Assembly (NCBI RefSeq): GCF_902459465.1
Contig: NC_047065.1
Coordinates: 7,006,001-7,070,000 of the forward strand
Origin: Asterias rubens
Lineage: Eukaryota
Reading direction: 5' to 3'
DNA: 64,000 bases
Positions 1 to 10,762 of this stretch are shown piece by piece; position 1 is the first letter of the stretch, and each line of letters begins with the position of its first letter. A program made the translations under genes and the position numbers. Under the pieces are notes generated by a model. The model was not told the DNA's origin. It saw only the letters and a program-made list of their open reading frames with translations, and did not search any database.

Positions 1-301
1 AAGTCTTATACTAATTCCTGAAAAATGTACTCCAGTTTCAGAGGGAATATTTCGTGTTCAGTAAGAACAATTTTCCCGCGTAATTTGTTTGTCCAAAACG
101 TCTTATTCCCTGTCAACCAGCCGGAAGTGTCCTTTGGGCTGAGACGATCGAGTGCCCGGTTTCTTTAACTAACTACATGCGATACAACCGGTCGAAGGGA
201 AACAGTTACAGGCTATACTCACTATCATGAACCAGCCGAAGGGGAAAATGACAAACTCTACTTTCGTCAAGATTGGTTATGTCTATTAAACCTTCACTTA
301 A

Positions 302-728
302 AGGCACTGGGCACTGTTAATACTCAAATGTTTTTAGCATAACAAATAACTTGGTAACGAGCAATGGGGAGCTGTTGATAGTCAACAAAAAATATTTAAA
401 AACATCGTTAGAAATAGCTCCAACTGAGGTAAGTTGGTTTTTGAGAGGTATTTTCTCACTTTTTTAAAAATATTTTTATATTCCATATTCCGTATTTTCT
501 CACTTAATAATATACGACTTTAGGCATGAAAGTTTTTTTTAAGGCATCTGAAAGCACACAAATTTGTCCAACAATCGTGTTTGTTCTTTCATTATTCTCT
601 GCAACTTCGATGACCAAATGAGTTAAAAAATTTCACAGATGTTGTATTTTATACGTTAAATTAATGTTGGGATACACCAAGTGAGAAATGCTGGTCTTTG
701 ATAATATTACCAAAGGTGTCCAGTGCCT
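302..728. mobile_element. Kolobok/T2-like MITE (family E-like, degenerate)
   Basis: TTAA|AGGCACTGG ... CCAGTGCCT|TTAA; body similar to other copies. Confidence 0.8.
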
Positions 729-2158
729 TTAAGCCTTTACTACAAAATAAGGAGGAACAAATCTGAGGTGTCGATTACAGGGAAGGCCCGGAGCTGTGCA
801 TAAACGGGAGGATGGAGAGAAAACACATGGATGAGGAAATATTCTGTCTGCAATGTGTGGTCGTCTCGAGCAGGTGAGTGACTGACTGGCGGTAAACTCA
901 AGCAAGACTCGAGCGGTAAAACTGTGAAACTGTGAAAAAAAATCGAAAACATTGATCGGAAACGAACGGGACATGGACACTGCTGTACGGCTAACTGCAG
1001 CTGCGAGGTGTTCGGAAAAAGAAGATGGAAAAAGGGGGAAAAGCGAAGAAGAAAAAAATCAGTGAACGAGTCGAGATATACAGCCTTGTATTGTTTTTAT
1101 TTCGGCTTCAGACGCATTCCTTATAGTACTAGACGTAGAACACGAAAAAACATTGCCATTAGACTTAACTTATAGTATGATGAGCACTGATTAGTACGTT
1201 CTAAATGAACTTATCTGGTCCTGATGAAAGAACACTTTATTGGGTCATAAAGAATAATATTCCAGTCATTAATTAGACCAATGCGACATTTAAAAAGACG
1301 CTTCTCAACGGTGTATAGACGCCGATACAGTCTAGTTTGAGGGCTATGTCATCAACCAATCATTTATTTTCAATGGGTAACCCCTAAAAACTCACCAGTC
1401 CTGCCCGGGCTCTCTCTTTATAATAATACGGGTATTTTAACGCCTTTAACACAGATCAAAGCGCTAAACAATAAATGAAACAAGAACAAAGCGAGAAAAG
1501 AGAGAAAAACAGAACAGCAAAGGATTAATGACGAGGCTGAATGAACAAGTAGGTTTTGAGTTTAGTGTCGAGGTCCAAAGTTCAAAAGTCATTTATTTTT
1601 GACAGTCGGCCCAGTAAAACAAAAATGACCCTTCAATCAAAATAGACCAATAAAAATGTATGTCGCAACTGTATAAATACACAGGTCTAGACCCCGGTAG
1701 GAAACACACCTATTACGCTATTAGTGGCCTTATCCAGGCCAGCGTAATGCCGCAATACTTAATTCCGTCCTCGTCTCGACCTTGCGATGACACAGAACAG
1801 TCAACGTGTGACTAATGCAGCGCCTGAAGACAGATGGGCACATTCTCAGTCGCCTCTTCGAACAAATCAACAGCTGAAACAGTTGGAACAAATCCAACAT
1901 CTGTGAAGTGTTCTCATCTGTGAAGTTTTCGCAGTCGACCAGGGTACGATTTCGCGGCTAAAACCAGTTGTGCAAATTCAACCGAAACAGTTATTGGTTA
2001 AGACCACGAAAACGTTTCCTTGTTTATAAAGTTGTGACGTCGTGTGCCTATACGTATACATAGCGCATAAGCGTGCCGAAAAGATAGCAACAAAATGGCG
2101 GCCTCTGAATTAGCTTTGCCAATCACATTACAAATGACAGTGTTTCACCTTACATTAA

Positions 2159-2541
2159 AGGAACACGTTGCCTTGGATCGGACGAGTTGGTCTATGAAAA
2201 GCGTTTGAAACCGTTTGTTATGAAATGCATATGGTTAAAAAGATGTTTTAAAAGTCGAATATAATGATCTACACAAGTATCACTCAAAATTGCACAGTTT
2301 TCATTTTACGTCGCGAACTAACACGGTCGGCCATTTATGGGAGTCAAATTTTTGAATCCCATAAATGGCCGACCGTGTTTGTCGACGAGGTAAAACGAAA
2401 ACCACGCAATTTCGAGGCATATTTGTGAAGATCATTGTATTCTACCTATACAACATCTTTCTAACCATATCGATTTTATAACAAACGGTTACAGAACGCT
2501 TTTCAAAGACCAACTCGACCGATCCAAAGCAACGTGTTCCT
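2159..2541. mobile_element. Kolobok-like foldback MITE, family B
   Basis: TTAA|AGGAACACGTTG ... CAACGTGTTCCT|TTAA; the two halves are inverted copies; near-perfect 60-bp central palindrome at 2320-2379. Confidence 0.9.
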
Positions 2542-2713
2542 TTAACATTATAAATTTAAAAGTATCTGTTAAAAACATACTTTGTCCATAGAGAAAGGAC
2601 AGAGATGTGTGAAACTTCCGTAACAAGTGCATCGTGGGTGACTAGTGACTGCTTGACTTTTGTACTGCGACTTTCACACGTTTTTGTCTCTGTATCATCA
2701 CATCACCGGCAAA

Positions 2714-3207
2714 CCTCAGGTCAACCTGGGGGCTGCCTATATGACCTCAGGTCAACCTGGGGGCTGCCTATATGACCTCAGGTCAACCTGGGGGCTGCCT
2801 ATATGACCTCAGGTCAACCTGGGGGCTGCCTATATGACCTCCGGTCAACCTGGGGGCTGCATGACCTCAGGTCAACCTGAGGGCTGCCTATATGACCTCA
2901 GGTCAACCTGGGGGGCTGCCTATATGACCTCAGGTCAACCTGGGGCTGCCTATATGACCTCAGTTCATCCTGGGGGCTGCCTATATGACCTCAGGTCAAC
3001 CTGGGGGCTGCCTATATGACCTCAGGTCAACCTGGGGGCTGCCTATATAACCTCAGGTCAACCTGGGGGCTGCCTATATGACCTCAGGTCAACCTGGGGA
3101 TGCCTATATATGACCTCAGGTCAACCTGGGGGCTGCCTATATGACCTCAGGTCAACCTGGGGCTGCCTATATGACCTCAGGTCAAACTGGGGGCTGCCTA
3201 TATGACC
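2714..3207. repeat. 31-bp minisatellite, ~16 copies (cctcaggtcaacctgggggctgcctatatga)
   Basis: Direct reading of tandem units with few indels. Confidence 0.97.
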
Positions 3208-3246
3208 GTCTTCTGCCCAATTAAAACTGTAAGTTCAGGTTTGCAT

Positions 3247-3618
3247 TTGTCTTCAGAGGAAAATATGTCACTGAAAAAATTGCTCCTTTGAACCTCATTA
3301 TCACTTAACCAAAGGCTAAAATTTTGATTATTTTGTTTATCATGACCAAAGTGCACACAGCAGCTCCATCAATTTTAATAGTTTAACACAAAGAACTTCA
3401 GGCCATGTATTTATAAGGCAAGTTGTACCATTAATTTTGTCTTCAGATGTAAATATTTTACTGAAAATTGCCACTTCATTATTACTTAACCAAAGGCTAA
3501 AATTTGAATTATTTTGTTTATCATGACCAAAACTTGTTTATTACATTCAAAGTGCACACAGCAGCTCCATCAATTTTAATAGTTTAACATAAAGAATGTC
3601 AGGCCATGTATTTATAAA
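3247..3618. repeat. Tandem duplication of a ~180-190 bp unit
   Basis: ttaaccaaaggctaaaattt...gtgcacacagcagctccatcaattttaatagtttaaca...caggccatgtatttataa occurs twice. Confidence 0.9.
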
Positions 3619-3872
3619 ATGTAAGTGTTACCAATGTGAGAAACTACTATCAATTCATCCCACGAATGTTGAACGCACATACACTGACAACTTGGGTTTA
3701 CAAGTGGGGGATAGTGATTGGCAGTTGTTTGCACAGCGCGCATGTTGTGGGTTTGCCAGTTGCTCATGATTCGCTCCCATGTGACCGAATGGGTATCCGT
3801 GGATGAGGTCGTGATTGCGCGCTCTGTATTAATGAGCCGAGTCGAAAGCCCTTCGGCCAAAGCACTTTCTTA

Positions 3873-4250
3873 ATGGAACATTACAGAATTTGTAAGAGAA
3901 AAAAAAACACGTCTAAGATCACAGATTTACATAATAATTACACGGTCTAATGATGATGATAGTAGAAAACCGTTCCTTGGCATATTTATTTCTTAAATGT
4001 CGTTTTTGACGAGAAACAAACAGAACTAATTTCTCGTTTAGAGTTTATCGCTCAGTAAGCGTTTTATTATTATTATTATTTTTTTTTTTATCGAAGTCAT
4101 GCAAAAATCAGTTTATTACTATTTTCTCGTTACCCAGATGGCCAATCGATCTTAAACTTTACATGTTTGTCATTTTATGTATTATGGTGGATTGCATAAA
4201 GTGCTTACACTGCCAGCGACTGTTTTGCAAAACAACTACTGTAATGTTCG
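3873..4250. mobile_element. Kolobok-like MITE, family G (degenerate)
   Basis: Homologous to 38200-38580 (aagatcacagatttacata...gtgcttacactgccagc); eroded termini ggaacattacag/ctgtaatgttc. Confidence 0.75.
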
Positions 4251-5181
4251 ATTGGCTGGGGAAAATAACGCGGAAATGCAGCTATTCTAAAGTGCGTTTT
4301 GACGGTGCCATTCCAACGTAGTCTCCCTGACGACCTTTCTCTGTGGAAACATGCCTAAATCGCAGGGATTTCAAAACAATTCAATAGTTGTTATGCCCCA
4401 AAATTAACATTCTGTAACGTTTCCTGGATTATCTATATAAAAAAAACGCGAACACCTTTTGAAAATAATGTTCACTTTTGAAATGTTCACTTGTTAGCTT
4501 GACTGTTAAGAAAGGTTTTAAATCAATCAAATGGTTAACAAAAACTAACTGCATATTTTGCCTTTAAAACAATGGTGTTTTTTTTAAATCTAATTTCAAG
4601 GCTTGAATCACTCAACATTGGATTTAGTATTTTAAAACAAAGGGGAAAACAAACAACTAGATTGAAAGTTATTAACTACAGTTTGGACCCGCACTTCACT
4701 ATCGACCGAGGTCCGAGGCACTTGACCAGTTCAAAGCGCCTAAAATGAAGCCGTAGAAAAATGAACGATGCACCCGGGATCATAATCAACGACCATCAGC
4801 GACTAAACTGAGCCTCGGAGTCATCTCAAAGATCGTCTGTAAATTACCCTTTGCTTTGCGTCTGAGCTTTAGCCTGAGGAGAATTCATAAATTGTCCACA
4901 TTCCTTCTGCTCGGGTTGCAATCTTCATCATCCCTTTGTCTTAGTGTTTTTTTTTCTTCTTCGTTTCTTTAGTCGTACTCTGCGCCGTACCATCACAAGC
5001 TACGGGGTAACTTGTTGGGATACCACGGCCCAGCAACGTATCGTCTTCCTGCTCCCCGGGCCACGCCGTTTATAAGAGTGCCAATATGAAGACAACATTG
5101 TTTTTAAGTCCGTCGACCAAAACCTGATATATGATTGGGGCTTAAAATACAATTAAAATGTAAACTTCTCTCATCTTTTAA

Positions 5182-5549
5182 AGGGAACCGTATACCTTTG
5201 GTTTTTGGAACCGTTTGGTTGTTTTAATCCTATAATTTAGACGTAAACAACAAAACTATACCCTATGACATTTTTATTTCAAAATGACGTTTTGTTTTTG
5301 AGTAGCACCGGAAATCTGGAGCGGTTATGTCAACACATAGCAAGACTAATCAGTAATTGGAATACAGAAACGTTTCTCAGATTCAAATTTCGGAGGAAAT
5401 AAACTGATATATGTTTCCATTACTACATTTCCTCGAGGTGAAACGGTTCTCAAAATGCTTGATACCGTCGAAAGCTGCTGTTTATACTTCTAACCAAGTA
5501 AAGTCATTGTTATTGTTCTTAGAGTGATTAGTAAACGTATACCTTCCAT
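5182..5549. mobile_element. Kolobok-like MITE, family F
   Basis: TTAA|AGGGAACCGTATAC ... GTATACCTTCCAT|TTAA. Confidence 0.75.
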
Positions 5550-5561
5550 TTAAAAGCACTG

Positions 5562-6011
5562 ATGCCGATTTCACGAAACGCTAGGATTAATCCTATCTCG
5601 AGTTAGGCAGGTAACTCGTCCTAACTTCCTAACTTAGGATTAATCTTAAAGGCATCTATAAAACATTGTGAGAAACAGCTCCCTCTGAAGTGCCATAGTT
5701 TCCGAGAACGAAGTAATTTTCCACGAATTTGATTTCGAGACCTCAGATTTAGAATTTGAGGTCTCGAAATCAACCATCTAAAACCACACAACTTCGTGTG
5801 ACAAGGGTGTTTTTTCCTTTCATAGTTATCTCGCAACTTCGACGACCATTGAGCTAAAATTTTCACAGGTTTGTTATTTCTATGTGTATGTTGAGACAAT
5901 TACCAATAGTGTCCAGTGTCTTTAAGGTCTGCATGCTACAGTGCAGGGTTGGGACTCGTCCTAAGTACTAAGAGTAATCCTAAGTTAGGAAGAGTTTTGT
6001 GAAATCGACGG
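5562..6011. mobile_element. Harbinger-like MITE (family H, ~174 bp plus a nested Kolobok copy), CTG TSD
   Basis: CTG|ATGCCGATTTCAC ... GTGAAATCGACGG|CTG; homologous termini at 8922-9093. Confidence 0.8.
5650..5921. mobile_element. Kolobok MITE family A nested in the family H element
   Basis: TTAA duplicated at 5646-5649 and 5922-5925; carries the GATTTCGAGACCTCA hairpin. Confidence 0.85.
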
Positions 6012-7233
6012 CTGGACAACTTTGGTAACATTGTCAAAGACATGTATTCTCACTTGGTGTATCCCATATATTCATTTTTCTTTTTTTTTATGGATATGGT
6101 CCAGTGTCTTTAATGTTATTATTTTTAGATGGGCAAATTTGCAATCAGGCATTGACTTTTACGAGCAATGTTCCTCTTGTGTGGCTTTCTTAATTATAAT
6201 AAAATAGAAAGATATATTATCCGTTTTCATCAGTAACTGAAGTAAGGCAGATTGGCATGTTTAGTAACACCATAAATCCAAGCTGACACAATCTTACCCC
6301 TTTCAAAAACTCGTCTTTTCATTTTCCAAACTCTATCAACTTTCTAGTACGATGCCATTGCTGCATTATAACAAAATCGGGGTAAATCAAAAAAGCGATG
6401 AAAGCCTCCAAAACTGGCTAAAGCAGATGCTACACATCTTGTAGGAACAGAACTGGACCACAGTTTCAAAATGTTGGTCACAAAATACTTTGACAACCAC
6501 AAACACTGTCCCATCCCATGTAACGGTCCTATAAACAGACTAATGAAGCTTTGTAAAAGAGCATAAATCTACCATTCCAACCGTGACGTTAATCAGGCAT
6601 GCATTCTTAACCTCCCTTCAGAAAAAAAGGCATTTTTTTTAAAATAGACCTGTCCAGGTTTGATTTCACACTTGCCTTTCGTTCGTATCCCAGGAGATTT
6701 GGTGTCTCTCACGCGATTCTTGGCACTAAGCTGTATCTAATAGGTAACATTATCTGACATGGGTCCCCAACTCCTCTTTGGAGTTAATCACAGGGTTCGA
6801 AATATGAGTGGTGATGAACCGAAGGCATTTTTGGTACTTGTTGTATTATGAGGAGGGTGCTCCCCTCTGTGTGGGCCGTCAGCACGAGCCTCTAGACCCC
6901 ATGGTTGACGATGGAGAAGGGGATGAAAGGATTGTGTCGTCAACCAAATAATAAGGGGCCATTCCAAGAAGTTGGACAAACAACAATCTATCAAATCATC
7001 TAGCAATCTGGAATTTGCTCTACAATTATTCTCTACACTGAAAATAGAGAAGACACCCAAAGGCATTTTTGGGACAGGAGTATTATTGATTGAAAAATGG
7101 CCGAATCTTTAAAGTCAATCACCCGTAGGACTTTTTAAAGTGGATGAGATGAAAGTTTCAAAAAGTGTCAACAACAAGTTTTGACTCGACCTCTGTCTGA
7201 ATTCGACTGCCCCCCCCCCCCCGCCCAACCATA

Positions 7234-7531
7234 GCCTTGCTCAAGGCAGTCGCATTATTCGCTCCGAAAAGACGCCGCGCTGTAAACCCACCCGTATACC
7301 CTCTGTGTGGTGCTTGCGATCACACCGCATGGCCCACCCATATACACACTGTCATCGTACGACTACTGTGCACACAAGTCATCCGCACTCGTACCACTCC
7401 TGACGGCCTCCGCATGCGGATAGTGTACGGGGGCATCGTGTCGTGCGATGTTACGCACAGTGAATACGTTTTTTTTTTATACAGCGGCGGTCTTTTTTCG
7501 GAGTGAATAATTCGACTGCCTTGAGCAAGGC
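7234..7531. mobile_element. MITE with TA TSD and ~45-bp TIR
   Basis: TA|GCCTTGCTCAAGGCAGTCG ... CGACTGCCTTGAGCAAGGC|TA. Confidence 0.85.
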
Positions 7532-8921
7532 TACGCCAACCACTGAAATCCGGATCGCAGTTTTTATTTCACGGATCTGCTGCTTACGGAATTCAGGGAA
7601 TTTTGCGATTACGTCTGCAAGAGTATTTCACGGGTTAGCATGGATTTTGTGTTTGTGCGCTTGGAAACTCCAAGTTACTTGAAACATTAGTCGCTTAATA
7701 CACAGCTAGCGCAGAAAATATACAAAAAGTTGACATTAATGTGGCTGGTACTGCCCCATTCATTTTTTGCTTAGCAAAGTAAATTGTCAATCAATATGTT
7801 CTGCTTAACAGCTTTATGACCTGTCAGTCAGAGCATCTTACTGTTCTGAGACGGGAAACACAAAAACAAGAAGAAGAAACTGTCAATAAGAACTCGAACT
7901 CTCCGTATTATAGCTTGATAAGTCTGCCCGACATAACCAATGACAGACGGGGCTTGTAGTCAGTTTAGCACGGGGGTACGGAAGTTCGCGTTGATCGATT
8001 GATTTCATGCGCTGGGGATACTGACCGTCTGATTTTTGATTTTTTTTCATTGCGACGCCACTTTTTTTTTTTTGGGGGGGGGGGGCTGTAACTTTTTTTT
8101 AAAGATGACGTAACACTTTCGGAGTTTGGGAGAGTATAATTTCCTAAAAGTCATGCGACTCTTCAAAGAACTGTGGATTTATCATCAGAATAACTAAATT
8201 TTATGCATTTTGTTTTAACGGTCGGAAATGTTTCCAGCATTGTTTCGATAGACATGTCCAATGGTAATAGTATAAAAAAAAAACAGGGTCAGAACTAATC
8301 CGGACTTCGGGTCCCAGGGGAGCCTGACCAAGTTCTGGGTAACTTGATCCGGAAACTGATGGTCAACACAGTGGATACCCATCTCCGAATCTGCGTCATT
8401 ATGACACTCTCGGTCAAAGTGACTATAAGGGGGTCAGTGCGGAACACAAAGTTGTCAATACAGTGGAATTTAACTCAGTTTATGCGTCTTTTTTTGAAAC
8501 TCCGGATTATACTGACCTATTTTGGGGTCAGGTCCAACGATCTGACATCCGGGTCAGTTCTGAACCTAAGGAGACTCTGAAAAAAAAATGTATTTATACT
8601 ATAGGGGGTATATTGCAGTTGCCTACGGTATATAAAAGGTCGGCCCTTTAAGCTGCAAACTAAGAGAGCATGAAGCGTCACGTGACTAATGAGGCGCCGA
8701 GGTGTGTGTGTGCTGAATATGATTGGGAGCGACTGATTAGCCATGAATATTTCATGACGACAACCACGAGTCAGTGAACATTCTAGGGGCTGGCACCTGC
8801 CCCAACAGTTAATTAAATACGAGTTGAAACAGCCCCATCTGCATTGTGTTTTTTTTCCGGTGCAGTTTTTAAACGGATAGCTTTCCGCCCGATAGTCTGG
8901 GATTGAATATTTAAGGCACTG

Positions 8922-9093
8922 CAGCCGATTTCACGAAAGGCTGGGATTAAACCTATCTCAAGTTAGGACGAGTACTAACCCGTCCTTACATTAGGATGGG
9001 TTCAATGCGTCCTACGTATTTGGATACGGAACTGAACCCGTCCTAAGTCCTAAGATTAATCCTAAGTAAGGAAGAGTTTGGTGAAATCGGCGG
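8922..9093. mobile_element. Harbinger-like MITE family H (172 bp), CTG/CAG flanks
   Basis: CTG|CAGCCGATTTCAC ... GTGAAATCGGCGG|CAG. Confidence 0.8.
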
Positions 9094-9174
9094 CAGGACA
9101 CTGATGGTTATCACTCAAATTATTTATTGTTAGCATACAAACTTATATGGTAACGAACAATGGAAAGCTGTTAA

Positions 9175-9554
9175 AGGCAGTGGACACTATTGGTAATTAC
9201 TCAAAATAATTATTAGCAAAAAAAAACGTTTTTTGGTGGCAAGTAATGGGGAGAGGTTGATGGTATAAAACATTGTGAGAAACGGCTCCCTCTGAAGTGC
9301 CATAGTGTTCGAGAAAGAAGTAATTTTCCACGATTTTGATTTCGAGACCTCAGATTTAGAACTTGAGGTCTCGAAATCAACCATCTAAACGCACACAACT
9401 TCGTGTAAGGGTGTTTATTTTCTTTCATTATTATCTCGCAAGTTCGATGACCGATTGAGCTCAAATTTTCACAGGTTTGTTATTTAATGTATATGTTGAG
9501 ATACACCAACTGTGAAGACTAGTGTTTGATAACTACCAATAGTGTCCACTGTCT
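9175..9554. mobile_element. Kolobok MITE family A, full length (380 bp)
   Basis: TTAA|AGGCAGTGGACACTATTGGTA ... TACCAATAGTGTCCACTGTCT|TTAG. Confidence 0.92.
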
Positions 9555-9852
9555 TTAGTATAAAACACTATGAGAAGCGGCTCCCTCTGAAGTAACGTAG
9601 TTTTTGAGAGACAAGTAATTTCTTACTCAAATAATAACAAACTGTCGCGGAAGTCTTTTAGTAGGCATCTAAAAGCACAAATTAATACAAGAAGGGTGTT
9701 TTTCATTTTCCTTGCTTTCATTATTTTTTTGCAAATTCGATGATCAATTGAGCCCAAATGTTTAAAGTTTTTATTTGATGCATGTAATGGGAAACACCGA
9801 TAGAGAATACTGGTCCTTCTTTAGTATTACCAAACGTGTACCGTACCTTTAA

Positions 9853-10128
9853 AGCCGTACACTTTCGGTACACAAAAAAAAATAAAAGTTCACAGATTTA
9901 CAAATAATTTACAGGGTTTACAGTAGGTAATGGTGAAAGACTTATCTTGAAATATTATTCCATGAAATGTTTACTTGGGGAAACAAGGGTGGGTTTTCCT
10001 GTTATTTTCTCCCGACTCCGATGACCGATTGAGCCTTAATTTTCACCGATTTGTTATTTTATATATAAGTTGTGGTACACGAAGTGTGAGCCTTGGACAA
10101 TATTGTTTACCAAAAGTGTTCAATGGCT
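9853..10128. mobile_element. Kolobok MITE family C (internally deleted)
   Basis: TTAA|AGCCGTACACTTTCGG ... GTGTTCAATGGCT|TTAA; homologous to 62200-62566. Confidence 0.85.
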
Positions 10129-10439
10129 TTAAAGCAAGAAATGAAGTCAGCGCCTGCCTTTTGTTAATAAACGCGTTGTCCTTTGGAATATAACACGTGT
10201 AAAAAATATCCGCTTTAAATTAAATCAATTGAATTAAACAACTTAGGGGTAACAGTGTATACACAGTTTGAAAAGTACAATATGATTGTTGTGTGTCAAG
10301 ATATTGACAAATTTCTGACGAAACAGCACAGACGTTCACCCTGTGATGAAAATAACACATTGTAAAGAAACATTCGGGTGTTAAATTGACTATTTCGTGT
10401 ATTTTGTGCAGAAGAAAACAAAAGGTGTGTTGTGTTTTA

Positions 10440-10762
10440 CACTGCACAAACTGGGGTGTTAAAGATCTGCTTGTCAAGTCGCGAACTTTGCTTAGTTTTA
10501 TTTAAAATGTTTCCAATCAATATGGAAAGTGTCAAATTAAATAGATTTTAATTGTACAAACAAAACTATAATTTCGAATACCCTTTTCGAGCGCTTTTCT
10601 GAGAGATTCGCGATAAAACTACATTACGTAATCAATATTTATCGTCAGTTTTAGATAACAAGTAGAAACCTTTACACCGTGTAAGGTAGTAAAACGACAC
10701 ATATTTCTGCAAACACATTAGTGTTATGTTATGTTAATTTTAACACCCAGTTTTTGAAGCGT
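10440..10762. mobile_element. Degenerate CACTG-type (EnSpm-like) MITE
   Basis: acactgcacaaactggggtgttaaa versus inverted tttaacacccagtttttgaagcgt. Confidence 0.45.

Larger units (their letters stand above)
5554..6109. mobile_element. Internally deleted Kolobok A/E-type MITE whose left TIR is split by a nested element
   Basis: TTAA|AAGCACTG [insert] GACAACTTTGGTAAC...GTCCAGTGTCT|TTAA. Confidence 0.7.
8914..9848. mobile_element. Kolobok family E host MITE carrying two nested insertions
   Basis: Body pieces 9097-9170 and 9559-9848 are collinear with the 53247-53592 and 63538-63903 copies; right end GTACCGTACCT|TTAA. Confidence 0.75.

Noticed and set aside
2714-3207. CRISPR-like array or repetitive protein (ORF 2834-3019)
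   Set aside because: Units are contiguous with no unique spacers, the context is eukaryotic, and indels break the frame.
4322-4362. Possible hammerhead (ctgacga...gaaacatg)
   Set aside because: No convincing stem II, no NUH, and no stem I partner.
6790-7040. Minus-strand exon after a strong acceptor (~7041)
   Set aside because: The only open frame shows no Cys-loop or other recognisable similarity, and there is no clear donor.
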